This document shows positions 18,597-27,658 of a DNA stretch of 64,000 nucleotides, one piece after another (the stretch's first letter is position 1; every line of letters begins with the position of its first letter). Origin of the DNA: Thermodesulfobacteriota bacterium (GTDB taxonomy: Bacteria > Desulfobacterota > Desulfobaccia > Desulfobaccales > 0-14-0-80-60-11); assembly GCA_049322315.1 (NCBI GenBank), contig JBMORF010000042.1:40915-104914 (forward strand), in the 5' to 3' direction. The notes under the pieces were generated by a model. It saw only the letters and a program-made list of their open reading frames with translations, ran no database searches and was not told the origin of the DNA. The translations under genes were made by a program, and so were the position numbers.

Positions 18597-19961
18597 TTAT
18601 ATGTGCCCCACAAACCAAGGCAGGCCTGGCTCGAGTCGGTCCCAAATCATCTTTAGCTCCCTTGGGGTAAGGGAAAACTGGGTGCTATGAACTACCGCGT
18701 TGAAGGTATTGGCTGATCCGATGCTGGCTGCATCGGAATAGAATACTTCTAACCCCTTGAGGTCATCCTTTATCTTTGTATCTCCTACATTAGCCGATAT
18801 CAGATGCTTCCTTACTGCCCGCCCTTTATCTGCCAGATATCTCTGATTTTTAGGTAGTTGAATGTTATTCTTCTTCAAATACAGGTCGATGCATCCCTCA
18901 ATAAAGACCCTGGTTAACACTGATCCAGCATTGATATAAAGATGCTCAATATCAATGGTTTTCAACTCTTTGAAGATTGCGCGCATTCGTTTGTTTTCGA
19001 TTTTCATGCCGAAACCGCTTGATATGGGGGTATTGCGGGATAGTGAATCTCTTAAACTTTGCTTTTTCCTCTCAGGCTTTTCTTCTCTCTTCTCCGTTCC
19101 TGCTTGGGGTGCATCTGGTATGAGTGGCGCTTTGTCTCTGACCTCATAATCCCCCCACCCTTGGTCCAGTTTGATCTGGTCGATAAAGCCTTTCCGTTGC
19201 TTTATGGTCTTCAGGTCTGAGACAGTCCATCCACCAGAGGCAAGCGCTCGAAGCATATCACTAACCGCTTTGTCGAAATAATCCTCGTCCGCAATCCTGG
19301 TCAGTTCTTTCTTATTAAGATCCAAACCAATTTCACCTCGCACAACCGGACTGTTAATTAAGCGAGTGACGTTGGTAATCGGAATTGAGTTGGATTCCTC
19401 TTGGCTGATAAGCCCTTTCTTTGTTACATAATCTAAGAGTTTCGTTGCAGGATCATACCGGCCGGCACCCCCAATCCTCTTAGCGAAATATTCAGATTCC
19501 TTAGCACCCCAAGGGGAAATACCGGCTCCGCCTTGCTCCCCTAAGTGGCGAAGTTTTATCAAAGGAGCTGCCGCGTAAAGATCAGGGAAGATGGCACACT
19601 CTATCTGCGATGGCAATGATGGTTGAATGTCTTGTTGTAAATTGCGGAACTTTTTCCTTGCACGTTCATCGGGGCATTTATCCGGATCACGAAGCATCTT
19701 GAGAGCTGATATTCGACGATTACCCTCCACGACAATGTAAAGCTTTTTCTGAGTGCCACCTGCGGGTATAACCATCGGGAGTTCGATAGGTATGAAACCA
19801 TGCACAGATATCGACTGCGCAAGGTTCATAACTTTTTCTCGGTCCCTTCCCGAGACCATCCATTTCAACACGGCATTCTGATCATCTAGGGCTCCGTGTC
19901 TAGCATTCTCAGTGTCCAGCAGCAGGCTATCCAGGGGAATAATTTCATTATTGTAATCCAT
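18597..19961 (-). CDS. ParB/Srx-like N-terminal domain protein with a putative HEPN-like C-terminal domain
   Basis: LLLDTENARH, VVEGNRRISALK; C-terminal helical region with R.F.E and NAVVH; low GC; ATG after GGAGGAG. Confidence 0.7.
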   Translation of the reverse strand: MDYNNEIIPLDSLLLDTENARHGALDDQNAVLKWMVSGRDREKVMNLAQSISVHGFIPIELPMVIPAGGTQKKLYIVVEGNRRISALKMLRDPDKCPDERARKKFRNLQQDIQPSLPSQIECAIFPDLYAAAPLIKLRHLGEQGGAGISPWGAKESEYFAKRIGGAGRYDPATKLLDYVTKKGLISQEESNSIPITNVTRLINSPVVRGEIGLDLNKKELTRIADEDYFDKAVSDMLRALASGGWTVSDLKTIKQRKGFIDQIKLDQGWGDYEVRDKAPLIPDAPQAGTEKREEKPERKKQSLRDSLSRNTPISSGFGMKIENKRMRAIFKELKTIDIEHLYINAGSVLTRVFIEGCIDLYLKKNNIQLPKNQRYLADKGRAVRKHLISANVGDTKIKDDLKGLEVFYSDAASIGSANTFNAVVHSTQFSLTPRELKMIWDRLEPGLPWFVGHI

Positions 19962-20069
19962 CAAATTCTCCTCCTACCGCACGATTGTTACAAAAATTAA
20001 TCGCAGGGGGTATAATAGCACAGATTTTGTTGGAAAAGTAATTGTTTCCCCCCTTCCTAAACCTCCGCG

Positions 20070-20330
20070 TGGGAACGAGAACGTAAGGCAAAGCTGGAGC
20101 TTTGCGGGCAATTGCGTTCCCAAGCAGAGCTTGGGAACGAGAGTAAAGTGGAGCTTGGGAGGGAGGATAAGGTAGGGTTTGGGAAGGACAACAAAAATCA
20201 ATTTATTAAAGATTCTATTAAAGTTTCAGATTGATTAGTTGGAAAGGATATATTAAAGGAAAATATCCTCTCATCCTCTCGTTCCCAAGCTCCGGCTTGG
20301 GAACGGAATTGCCCGCAAAGCTCTGCTTTG
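20070..20330. repeat. REP cluster upstream of the RAYT gene (CGTTCCCAAGC..GCTTGGGAACG and GCAAAGC..GCTTTGC hairpins)
   Basis: Copies at about 20088-20140 and 20278-20330 in opposite orientation, with partial copies nearby. Confidence 0.85.
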
Positions 20331-20342
20331 TCTTAGCTGGCT

Positions 20343-20879
20343 ATGAGAACGCGCTACCGGATAATTGATAATTCCTATCCTTATTTTCTGACCTGCACCA
20401 TTATTGAATGGCTGCCGGTTTTTACCCGGCAGCCTTATTTTGGAATCGTTATTGATTCCTTGAAGTATTGCCGGGAGCGGAAGGGGTTGAAGATTTATGC
20501 TTATGTGATTATGGACAACCATCTGCATTTGGTGGCTGAGGGGGAGCGGTTGGGGGAAACGATTAAGGAGTTTAAGAGCTATACCGCGCGTGGCATAATT
20601 GAGTTGGCAAAGTCGGAGGGCAAAGACTGGCTGCTGAATCAGTTTAAGTTTTTCAAGGCCAGGCATAAGCAAGAGAGTAGGCACCAAGTGTGGCAGGAGG
20701 GGTTTCATCCGCAGTTGGTGAGTTCGGGGGAGATGCTGGCGCAGAAGGTGGAGTATATCCATGACAATCCGGTGAAGGCAGGGTTGGTGTCAAGGCCGGA
20801 GGATTGGTTGTATTCGAGTGCGAGGAATTATTATTTAGGGGAAGCGGGGATGTTGGAGATTGATGAGCTTGATTGGTAA
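20343..20879 (+). mobile_element. REP-associated tyrosine transposase (RAYT, Y1 HUH family)
   Basis: YFLTCT, AYVIMDNHLHL (HUH), FKSYTAR, VWQEGFH, YIHDNPVKAGLV, W.YSS; flanked by REPs. Confidence 0.92.
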
Positions 20880-20934
20880 GGCAAAGCAGGAGCTTTGCGG
20901 CAAGTGCGTTCCCAAGCTGGAGCTTGGGAACGAG
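20880..20934. repeat. REP doublet downstream of RAYT, inverted relative to 20278-20330
   Basis: gcaaagcaggagctttgcggcaagtgcgttcccaagctggagcttgggaacgag. Confidence 0.85.
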
Positions 20935-21110
20935 GGAGAAAGGTAGCGTCTGTCCGGATTGATAGCCTCCTACTCATTTTCCCCATAATAGTAACTATCC
21001 CGTCTTTTCCACTTCTTCCACAAATTTTCATCCTTCCATTTTTGCCCGTATAGAGACTTGTCGATTAGTTTAAGGTTCGTGCGAAATTTCACTATCCCTG
21101 GACAGAAATC

Positions 21111-21139
21111 TTGACAGGGGGCGGGGAGGGGAATAAAAT
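21111..21139 (+). promoter_or_regulatory. sigma70-type promoter about 435 nt upstream of the aminotransferase-serA operon
   Basis: TTGACA (21111-21116), 17-nt spacer, TAAAAT (21134-21139). Confidence 0.7.
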
Positions 21140-21160
21140 TATTAATTCTTATAGTTTTGT

Positions 21161-21556
21161 AAAATCCCCTCGTGAAGGCGGCGAGGTTGGGCCCTGGGCC
21201 GGAGTTGGGCCGGGGCAAGGGTAATACAGTTTTTAGTTTTTGGTTTTTGGTAAAAAAATTGTCAATTATTAATAGGTTATTAATTGGATTGGTGGCCGCA
21301 GGAGCAGAACTTGAGATAAAATCCCCTGGGGCAGGCGCCGGGGGTTGAATTAGAGGAGCGCAGGCTAGAAAGCCTGCGCCACCAGCGCAGGCTGGAAAGC
21401 ATGTGCCACCAGGACAGGCTGGAAAGCCTGGGCTACCAGGGCAGAGGAGCGCAGGCTGGAAAGCCTGTGCCACAAGGGAAAGCCTAGGCCACCGGCACAG
21501 GCTGGAAGGCCTGGGCCACAGGCTGAAAAAATCCCCTCGGGCAGGTACCGAGGTTG
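21161..21556 (+). promoter_or_regulatory. Three copies of a 29-30 nt hairpin motif AAAATCC-stem-GMAGGYR loop-stem-TTG in the operon leader
   Basis: Copies at 21161-21189, 21318-21347 and 21528-21556. Confidence 0.7.
21357..21525 (-). repeat. Tandem array of about 6 GTGG/GTAG-type REP hairpins
   Basis: gcgcaggctagaaagcctgcgccacc and variants; the reverse strand reads GGTGGCGCAGGCTTTCTAGCCTGCGC. Confidence 0.8.
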
Positions 21557-21575
21557 TTAAGGTAAGGGAAAAGCG

Positions 21576-22721
21576 ATGAAAATGTATCTGATGACTCCGG
21601 GTCCCACGCCGGTGGCGCCGGAGACCAATCTGGCCATGGCGCAGCCCATTATTCACCACCGGTCGCCGTTGTTCATGGAGATTCTGGGGGAGGTGCGGGC
21701 GGACCTGAAATATCTTTTCGAGACGGAACAGGAAGTGCTGATCTTCGCAGCCACGGGCACCGGGGCCATGGAAGGGGCGGTGGCCAACACCCTGAGCGCC
21801 GGGGACACGGCGTTGGTGGTGGACGGCGGCAAGTTCGGCGAACGCTGGACGGAGCTGTGCAACGTCTACGGCGTGAAGGTGGAGCGCCTGGCGGTGACCT
21901 GGGGCCACGCGGTGGACCCCAAGGAAGTGGCGAAGATGCTGGACGCCAACCCGGCCATCAAGGCGGTCTTGGTCCAGGCCAATGAGACCTCCACGGGAGT
22001 ATCGCATCCGATTAAGGAACTGGCAGAGGTCACGACAAAAAGACCCGGCACCATCCTGGTGGTGGACGCCATCAGCGCCCTGGGGGGCTACTCCATACCC
22101 ATGGATAAATGGGGCATCGACGTCCTGGTGGCGGGCTCGCAAAAGGCGATGATGCTGCCGCCGGGGCTGGCGTTTGCGGCGCTTTCGCCTAAGGCCTGGG
22201 GGTTCGTGAAGGAATCGAAACTGCCCAAGTATTACTTCAACTTCTCCAAGGCGCTCAAATCCGCAGAGAAGAACCAGACGCCCTATACTTCGCCGGTGTC
22301 GTTGATCCTGGGCCTCAAGGAAGTGCTGGGGAAGATCAAGCAGGTGGGGCTGGAGAAAATTTACGCGCACAACGCGCGGCTGTCTGCGGCCTGCAAGGCG
22401 GCCATGAAGGCCATGGGCCTGGAGCTTTACTCCAAGGATTATCCGTCCACGGTGCTGACCGCGGTGCTGGCGCCCGCGGGGGTGGACGGCCAGAAGGTGG
22501 TGGCGGAGCTCAGGAAGAAAGGCATCTGGATCGCCGGGGGCCAGGCGGAGGCCAAGGGCAAGATTTTCCGCATTGCGCATATGGGTTTCATCGACACCGT
22601 GGACCTGCTGGGCACCATCGGCGGCCTGGAAGAGGTGCTGACGGCCCTGGGGTATAAAGTGCAGCCGGGCGTGGGGCTGAAAGCCGCGCAAGAGGTTTTG
22701 GCCAAGGAGGCGGCGGTATGA
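21576..22721 (+). CDS. Class-V PLP aminotransferase (serine-pyruvate/alanine-glyoxylate family; likely acts as SerC next to serA)
   Basis: MTPGPT, HHRS, GTGAME, NETSTG, VDAIS, GSQK (PLP lysine), FRIAHMG. Confidence 0.9.
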   Translation: MKMYLMTPGPTPVAPETNLAMAQPIIHHRSPLFMEILGEVRADLKYLFETEQEVLIFAATGTGAMEGAVANTLSAGDTALVVDGGKFGERWTELCNVYGVKVERLAVTWGHAVDPKEVAKMLDANPAIKAVLVQANETSTGVSHPIKELAEVTTKRPGTILVVDAISALGGYSIPMDKWGIDVLVAGSQKAMMLPPGLAFAALSPKAWGFVKESKLPKYYFNFSKALKSAEKNQTPYTSPVSLILGLKEVLGKIKQVGLEKIYAHNARLSAACKAAMKAMGLELYSKDYPSTVLTAVLAPAGVDGQKVVAELRKKGIWIAGGQAEAKGKIFRIAHMGFIDTVDLLGTIGGLEEVLTALGYKVQPGVGLKAAQEVLAKEAAV

Positions 22722-24301
22722 AGGTCCTGATCAGCGATAATTTGCACGAGGCGGGGGTGGCGGTTTTGGAGGCCCAGCCCAATATCGAGGTGGTGAATAA
22801 GCCGGGTATGAAACCGGAGGAGTTGAAGGAAGCCATCAAAGACGCGGACGCGCTGGTGATCCGCAGCGCCACCAAGGTGACCGCAGAACTGATGGCGGGC
22901 GCGCCGCGCCTCAAAGTGGTGGGGCGGGCCGGCACGGGCCTGGACAACGTGGACATCCCGGAGGCCTCCAAAAGAGGCGTGGTGGTGATGAACACCCCCG
23001 GGGGGAACACCATCACCACCGCGGAACACGCGCTGTCCCTGATGATGGCCCTGTCCCGGAACGTGGCCCAGGCGGCCCAGTCCATGCGGGAAGGGAAGTG
23101 GGAGAAGAAGAAGTTCCAGGGGACGGAATTGTTCAACAAGACCCTGGGGGTCATCGGCTTAGGGCGCATCGGCTCCATCGTGGCGGACCGGGCCCTGGGG
23201 CTGAAGATGCGGGTGCTGGGTTACGACCCCTTCATCACCAAGGAAGCGGCGGCCAACCTGGGAGTGGACCTGGTGTCCCTGGACGATCTCCTGGCCCGGG
23301 CAGATTTTATTACGCTGCATACGCCCAAGACCAAGGATACGGCCAAGATTCTGAATAAGAAGGCCTTCAAGAAGATGAAACCCGGGGTGCGCATCATCAA
23401 CTGCGCCCGGGGGGGGCTGATCGATGAAGAAGCCCTGCTGGCGGCCCTGAAAGAGGGCAAGGTGGCGGCCGCAGCCCTGGACGTCTATGAGACGGAGCCG
23501 CCGGGCGCGGATTTTCCCTTAAGGGAGTTGCCCAACGTGATCTGCACCCCGCACTTGGGCGCGTCCACGGAAGAGGCCCAGGCCAACGTGGCGGTGGCGG
23601 TGTGCGAGCAGATCGTGGAGCTGCTGCTGTACGGCACCATCAAGAACGCGGTGAACGCGCCCTCGGTGAGCCAGGAGAGCATGGCCAAGCTGAAGCCCTA
23701 CCTCACCCTGGCGGAGGCCCTGGGGGCCTTCCAGGCGCAGACGACGGAAGGGGCTATTTCCGCGGTGAGTATTGCTTATATCGGGGAAGTCTCCAAGCTG
23801 GACACCAAGCCTCTGACCCACTCCCTGCTTAAAGGGCTGCTCTACCCGGTGATGCACGACGAGGTGAATTATGTGAACAGTCCAGCCATGGCTGCGTCCC
23901 GGGGAATCCACGTGAGCGAAGAGATGGTGGCGTCGGCGGAGGATTTCGCCACGCTGATCCGCCTCACCGTGCGGGCCGGGAACGAGGAGAACTCGGTGGC
24001 GGGGACCATCTTCGGGAAATATGAGCCGCGGCTGGTGCGGATCAACAAGTTCCGGCTGGAGGCGGTGCCGGAAGGACATTTGCTGTTCATCTACAATACG
24101 GACCGTCCCGGGGTGATCGGGGCCATCGGCACCACCATCGGCAAACACAACATCAATATCGCCCGGATGACCGTGGGCCAAGAAAGGGAGCGGGGGCAAA
24201 ACATCATCCTGCTGACCACCGACACGCCGGTGACGCCGGAATGCCTGAAGGACGTGCGGGCCCTGGAACACGTGGCCATGGCCATCCAGTTGGAGTTGTA
24301 A
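22718..24301 (+). CDS. serA: D-3-phosphoglycerate dehydrogenase (long form with ASB and ACT domains)
   Basis: RAGTGLDNVD, GLGRIG, NCARGG, TPHLGAST.EAQ, DRPGVIG ACT domain. Confidence 0.96.
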   Translation: MKVLISDNLHEAGVAVLEAQPNIEVVNKPGMKPEELKEAIKDADALVIRSATKVTAELMAGAPRLKVVGRAGTGLDNVDIPEASKRGVVVMNTPGGNTITTAEHALSLMMALSRNVAQAAQSMREGKWEKKKFQGTELFNKTLGVIGLGRIGSIVADRALGLKMRVLGYDPFITKEAAANLGVDLVSLDDLLARADFITLHTPKTKDTAKILNKKAFKKMKPGVRIINCARGGLIDEEALLAALKEGKVAAAALDVYETEPPGADFPLRELPNVICTPHLGASTEEAQANVAVAVCEQIVELLLYGTIKNAVNAPSVSQESMAKLKPYLTLAEALGAFQAQTTEGAISAVSIAYIGEVSKLDTKPLTHSLLKGLLYPVMHDEVNYVNSPAMAASRGIHVSEEMVASAEDFATLIRLTVRAGNEENSVAGTIFGKYEPRLVRINKFRLEAVPEGHLLFIYNTDRPGVIGAIGTTIGKHNINIARMTVGQERERGQNIILLTTDTPVTPECLKDVRALEHVAMAIQLEL

Positions 24302-24322
24302 GTTTTTGTCAGAGAGTTGATG

Positions 24323-24370
24323 AGGGAGGGGGTTGACGGGCCGGCAAGCCAAAGCCAATGGCCCTCCCTC
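24323..24370 (+). terminator. Hairpin after serA
   Basis: gagggagggg ... ccctccctc inverted repeat. Confidence 0.45.
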
Positions 24371-24426
24371 TGAATCGCTAGTGCAGGGCTGTAACTACAA
24401 GCCTACTCCAGGATGAGGAGGCAAGC

Positions 24427-24846
24427 ATGTCCGATACAGAGGACAAAGGCTACACGGTCAAGGATCGGCGTTTCCATCAGATGAGCGAAGAAGAGAAGGC
24501 CGCGGTCCGGGAAGAAGAAGAGGCCGGAGAAACGGCGGCCACGGAGGAAGAGGCGGCCCCGGAAGAGATTCGGGACGCTAAACCCGGCCCGGAAGTGCCC
24601 CTGCCGGAGATCACCTTTTCTTCCTTTCTCTTTTCGCTGAGCACGTCGGCCTTCGTGCACCTGGGAGCCGTGGCGGACCCGGCCACCGGCAAGGGCGACA
24701 GGAATCTGTCCTTGGCCAAGCAGACCATTGATCTGTTGGGGCTGCTCCGGGAAAAGACCCGGAACAACCTCTCCAGGGAGGAAGAGGACCTGTTCGACCA
24801 CCTCCTTTATGACCTGCGGATGCGTTATATCAAGGAGGTGGGATAA
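24427..24846 (+). CDS. DUF1844-like protein
   Basis: VKDRR, ITFSSFLFSL, LAKQTIDLL..L.EKT.NNL, LY.LRM.Y. Confidence 0.85.
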   Translation: MSDTEDKGYTVKDRRFHQMSEEEKAAVREEEEAGETAATEEEAAPEEIRDAKPGPEVPLPEITFSSFLFSLSTSAFVHLGAVADPATGKGDRNLSLAKQTIDLLGLLREKTRNNLSREEEDLFDHLLYDLRMRYIKEVG

Positions 24847-24849
24847 AAA

Positions 24850-24980
24850 AGCTGTCAGCTATCAGCTTTCAGCGGTCAGCTAAAAAAGAGACATTAGCGA
24901 TTTTGCACATAACCAGGGTTACTTAATTTGCCGATGTCTGTATTGACCGCGGCATTAGAATAGCTGAAAGCTGATAGCTA
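24850..24980. repeat. Inverted heptamer arrays (AGCTATC/AGCTTTC vs GCTGAAA/GCTGATA)
   Basis: agctgtcagctatcagctttcagcggtcagcta ... tagctgaaagctgatagcta. Confidence 0.85.
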
Positions 24981-25040
24981 AAATCCAAGGGCCTCGTTCC
25001 TCGTTCCTCTGAATCCCCAGACAAAGTACCTTTCCCAGGC

Positions 25041-25964
25041 ATGACCAGACCTTTGCGCAAACTGACTGCCCCTCCCGATACCGGGAATCTCCGGGTTTTT
25101 TGCCCCGCCAAAGTCAATCTCTATCTTCGGGTTTTGGGACGGCGGGCCGACGGCTACCATGATTTGCTCTCCATCATGCAGCCCCTGAGTCTGGCGGATG
25201 AATTGACCGTCAGTACCACCCCCCCGGGCATCTTCCTGGATTGTGATCAGCCGGAGATACCCCGGGGACCGGGGAATCTGATCTGGCAGGCGGCCCTGGA
25301 GTTCCAGCGGGCCACCGGCCGCCGTCTGGGGGTGCATTTTGGTCTAAAGAAAAGGATTCCCGTGGCCGCGGGCCTGGGAGGCGGCAGCAGCGACGCGGCC
25401 GGGGCCTTGCTGGCTCTGAACGCTCTGGCGGGTGAACCCCTAAAGGCCGGGTTGCTCCATGACCTGGCCGGCAAGTTGGGCGCAGACGTGCCTTTTTTCC
25501 TGGGAGCGGGCCCGGCGGTGGCCCGGGGCATCGGCACCGAACTGACGCCGGTGGCCCTGCCCGCCTACTGGTACCTGCTGCTCAACCCTGGGGTGCGGGT
25601 TTCTACCCGTTGGGTCTATGAAAGTCTGGACCTGAGGGCCTTAAAAGGGTATAAGATTCTGGGGGAAAGGGACTGGAACCCGGAACAACCGGGAACCTGG
25701 GTCCATAACGATCTGGAGAGCGTCACGGTGAAGCAACATCCCCAGTTGCAAGACTGGTTGAAGACTTTGGGGCGTTTGGGAGCCCTGGCCCGGGGGATGT
25801 CCGGCAGCGGCCCCACTCTTTTCGGGCTATTCCCCACTTTGGCGGCGGCCCGGCAGGCCGGACAAGAGATGCGGGGCGCTTTTAAGGGTTGGATGGCCCT
25901 GGCCCGGGGACTAACCGGTGAAGAGACGGACGCTCTTGGGGGGGAGCAGGCATGGATGGTTTGA
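25041..25964 (+). CDS. ispE: 4-diphosphocytidyl-2-C-methyl-D-erythritol kinase
   Basis: [40 protein letters not shown]. Confidence 0.96.
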   Translation: MTRPLRKLTAPPDTGNLRVFCPAKVNLYLRVLGRRADGYHDLLSIMQPLSLADELTVSTTPPGIFLDCDQPEIPRGPGNLIWQAALEFQRATGRRLGVHFGLKKRIPVAAGLGGGSSDAAGALLALNALAGEPLKAGLLHDLAGKLGADVPFFLGAGPAVARGIGTELTPVALPAYWYLLLNPGVRVSTRWVYESLDLRALKGYKILGERDWNPEQPGTWVHNDLESVTVKQHPQLQDWLKTLGRLGALARGMSGSGPTLFGLFPTLAAARQAGQEMRGAFKGWMALARGLTGEETDALGGEQAWMV

Positions 25965-26887
25965 AGATTTTCACGGGCAACGCCAACCGGCCCCTGGCGG
26001 AAAAAATCTGCCAGCATTTGGGAGTGCCCCTGGGGGAAGCGGTGGTGGGACAGTTCTCCGATGGGGAGCTGATGGTGGAATTCCGGGAGAACGTCAGGGG
26101 CCAGGACGTTTATGTGGTGCAACCCCTGTCCGTGCCCAGCAATGAACACCTGCTGGAACTCCTGCTCATGGTGGACGCCCTGAAAAGGGCTTCGGCCGCC
26201 TGTATCACCGCGGTGATGCCTTATTACGCCTATGCCCGGCAAGACCGCAAGACCGCGCCCCGGGTGCCCATTTCCGCCAAGCTGGTGGCGGATTTGATCA
26301 CGGCCGCGGGAGCCAACCGGCTGCTCACCATGGACCTGCATTCCGGCCAGATCCAGGGGTTTTTTAATATCCCCGTGGACCACCTCTTTGCGGCGCCGGT
26401 GGTCCTGGATTATATCCGTCAACGCTTCGGCCCCGACGTGATTATGGTCTCCCCGGATGCGGGCGGGGTGGAGCGGGCCCGGGCTTTTGCCAAGAGGTTG
26501 CATACCAACCTGGCCATCATCGACAAACGCCGGGAAGGGCCGACCATCAAGGCCATGACCCTCATCGGCAACGTCTGGGGCAAAGAGGCCATCATCCTGG
26601 ACGATATGATCACCACCGGCTCCACGGTGACCATGGCCGCGGAATTGCTGATCCGCCACGGGGCCCGGGGGGTGCACGCCTGCATTACCCACCCGGTGAT
26701 GGCCCGGAACGCGGTGAGCAACCTGCAAGGGTCCCTCCTCCAAAGCCTGGCGGTGACCGACAGTATTCCCCTGACCCCGGAAGCCGCGACCATGGAAAAG
26801 ATCCAGGTGCTGTCCGTGGCGCCGCTTTTGGGAGAAGCCATTAAGCGGATTCATAACCAGGATTCGGTGAGTTCGCTGTTCGTTTAA
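25952..26887 (+). CDS. prs: Ribose-phosphate pyrophosphokinase
   Basis: [41 protein letters not shown]. Confidence 0.97.
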   Translation: MDGLKIFTGNANRPLAEKICQHLGVPLGEAVVGQFSDGELMVEFRENVRGQDVYVVQPLSVPSNEHLLELLLMVDALKRASAACITAVMPYYAYARQDRKTAPRVPISAKLVADLITAAGANRLLTMDLHSGQIQGFFNIPVDHLFAAPVVLDYIRQRFGPDVIMVSPDAGGVERARAFAKRLHTNLAIIDKRREGPTIKAMTLIGNVWGKEAIILDDMITTGSTVTMAAELLIRHGARGVHACITHPVMARNAVSNLQGSLLQSLAVTDSIPLTPEAATMEKIQVLSVAPLLGEAIKRIHNQDSVSSLFV

Positions 26888-26890
26888 AGA

Positions 26891-27047
26891 CCGTTTTCCG
26901 TTTTCCGTTTTCCGTTTTCTGTTTTCTTTGCAAGTCATCTATCCTCCAATGACATAAGCCCCTGAAAGTGTGTGTCAATTTATTGCCTGCCTCGTGGAAC
27001 TTATGGGAAACATATCAGAAAACGGAAAACGGAAAACAGAAAACCGG
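26891..27047. repeat. Inverted heptamer arrays (CGTTTTC vs GAAAACG); the right arm lies inside the pth 5' end
   Basis: ccgttttccgttttccgttttccgttttctgtttt ... gaaaacggaaaacggaaaacagaaaaccgg. Confidence 0.85.
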
Positions 27048-27617
27048 CATTTAGTGGTGGGCTTGGGAAATCCGGGCCCCCAGTACGCCTGGACCAGGCA
27101 CAACCTGGGGTTTATCGTGGCCGCGGCCCTGGCCGAAGATTGGGGGATTCCCATGACCCGGAGCACCCTGGACGCCACCTGGGGCCAGGGGAGGGTAGGG
27201 GGGGAGACCGTGGTCCTGGCCCAACCCGCCACCTACATGAACCTGAGCGGCCGCGCGGTCACCCGGCTTTTGGCCTACTTTAAACTGACGCCCGCCGCCC
27301 TGGTGGTGCTCCATGACGATCTGGACGTGCCCCTGGGACGCCTCAAAATCGTGGACCGGGGAGGCCCCGGAGGCCACCGGGGAGTGCTCTCCATCATTAA
27401 CGCCCTGGACACCGAGGAGTTCCTCCGGGTGAAGCTGGGCATCGGCCGCCCGCCGCTGCTGATGTCCGGGGAAAATTTCGTACTTGCCCCTTTCACCCGG
27501 GAGGAGGAGGAAACCGTGGCCGCCCTGGTGGAGCGGGCCGCCCAGGCGGTGGATACCCTGGTCCGGGAGGGATTGAAGGCGGCGCAGAATCGGTTTCATG
27601 GAGCGGCTTCCGATTAG
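27003..27617 (+). CDS. pth: Peptidyl-tRNA hydrolase (N-terminus probably repeat-derived)
   Basis: VVGLGNPG, TRHNLGF, TYMNLSG, HDDLD, GGHRG, R.KLGIGRP. Confidence 0.95.
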   Translation: MGNISENGKRKTENRHLVVGLGNPGPQYAWTRHNLGFIVAAALAEDWGIPMTRSTLDATWGQGRVGGETVVLAQPATYMNLSGRAVTRLLAYFKLTPAALVVLHDDLDVPLGRLKIVDRGGPGGHRGVLSIINALDTEEFLRVKLGIGRPPLLMSGENFVLAPFTREEEETVAALVERAAQAVDTLVREGLKAAQNRFHGAASD

Positions 27618-27658
27618 AAAAAAGAGTTAAAATGCATAGGTGAGAGTTTAGATTCTTC

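Noticed and set aside
21357-21525. Possible CRISPR array
   Set aside because: Units are degenerate hairpins with 0-10 nt between them, there are no unique 30-40 nt spacers, and no cas genes; fits REP
20970-22691. 573-aa minus-strand ORF
   Set aside because: Antisense to the aminotransferase and reads through the REP array; low-complexity product
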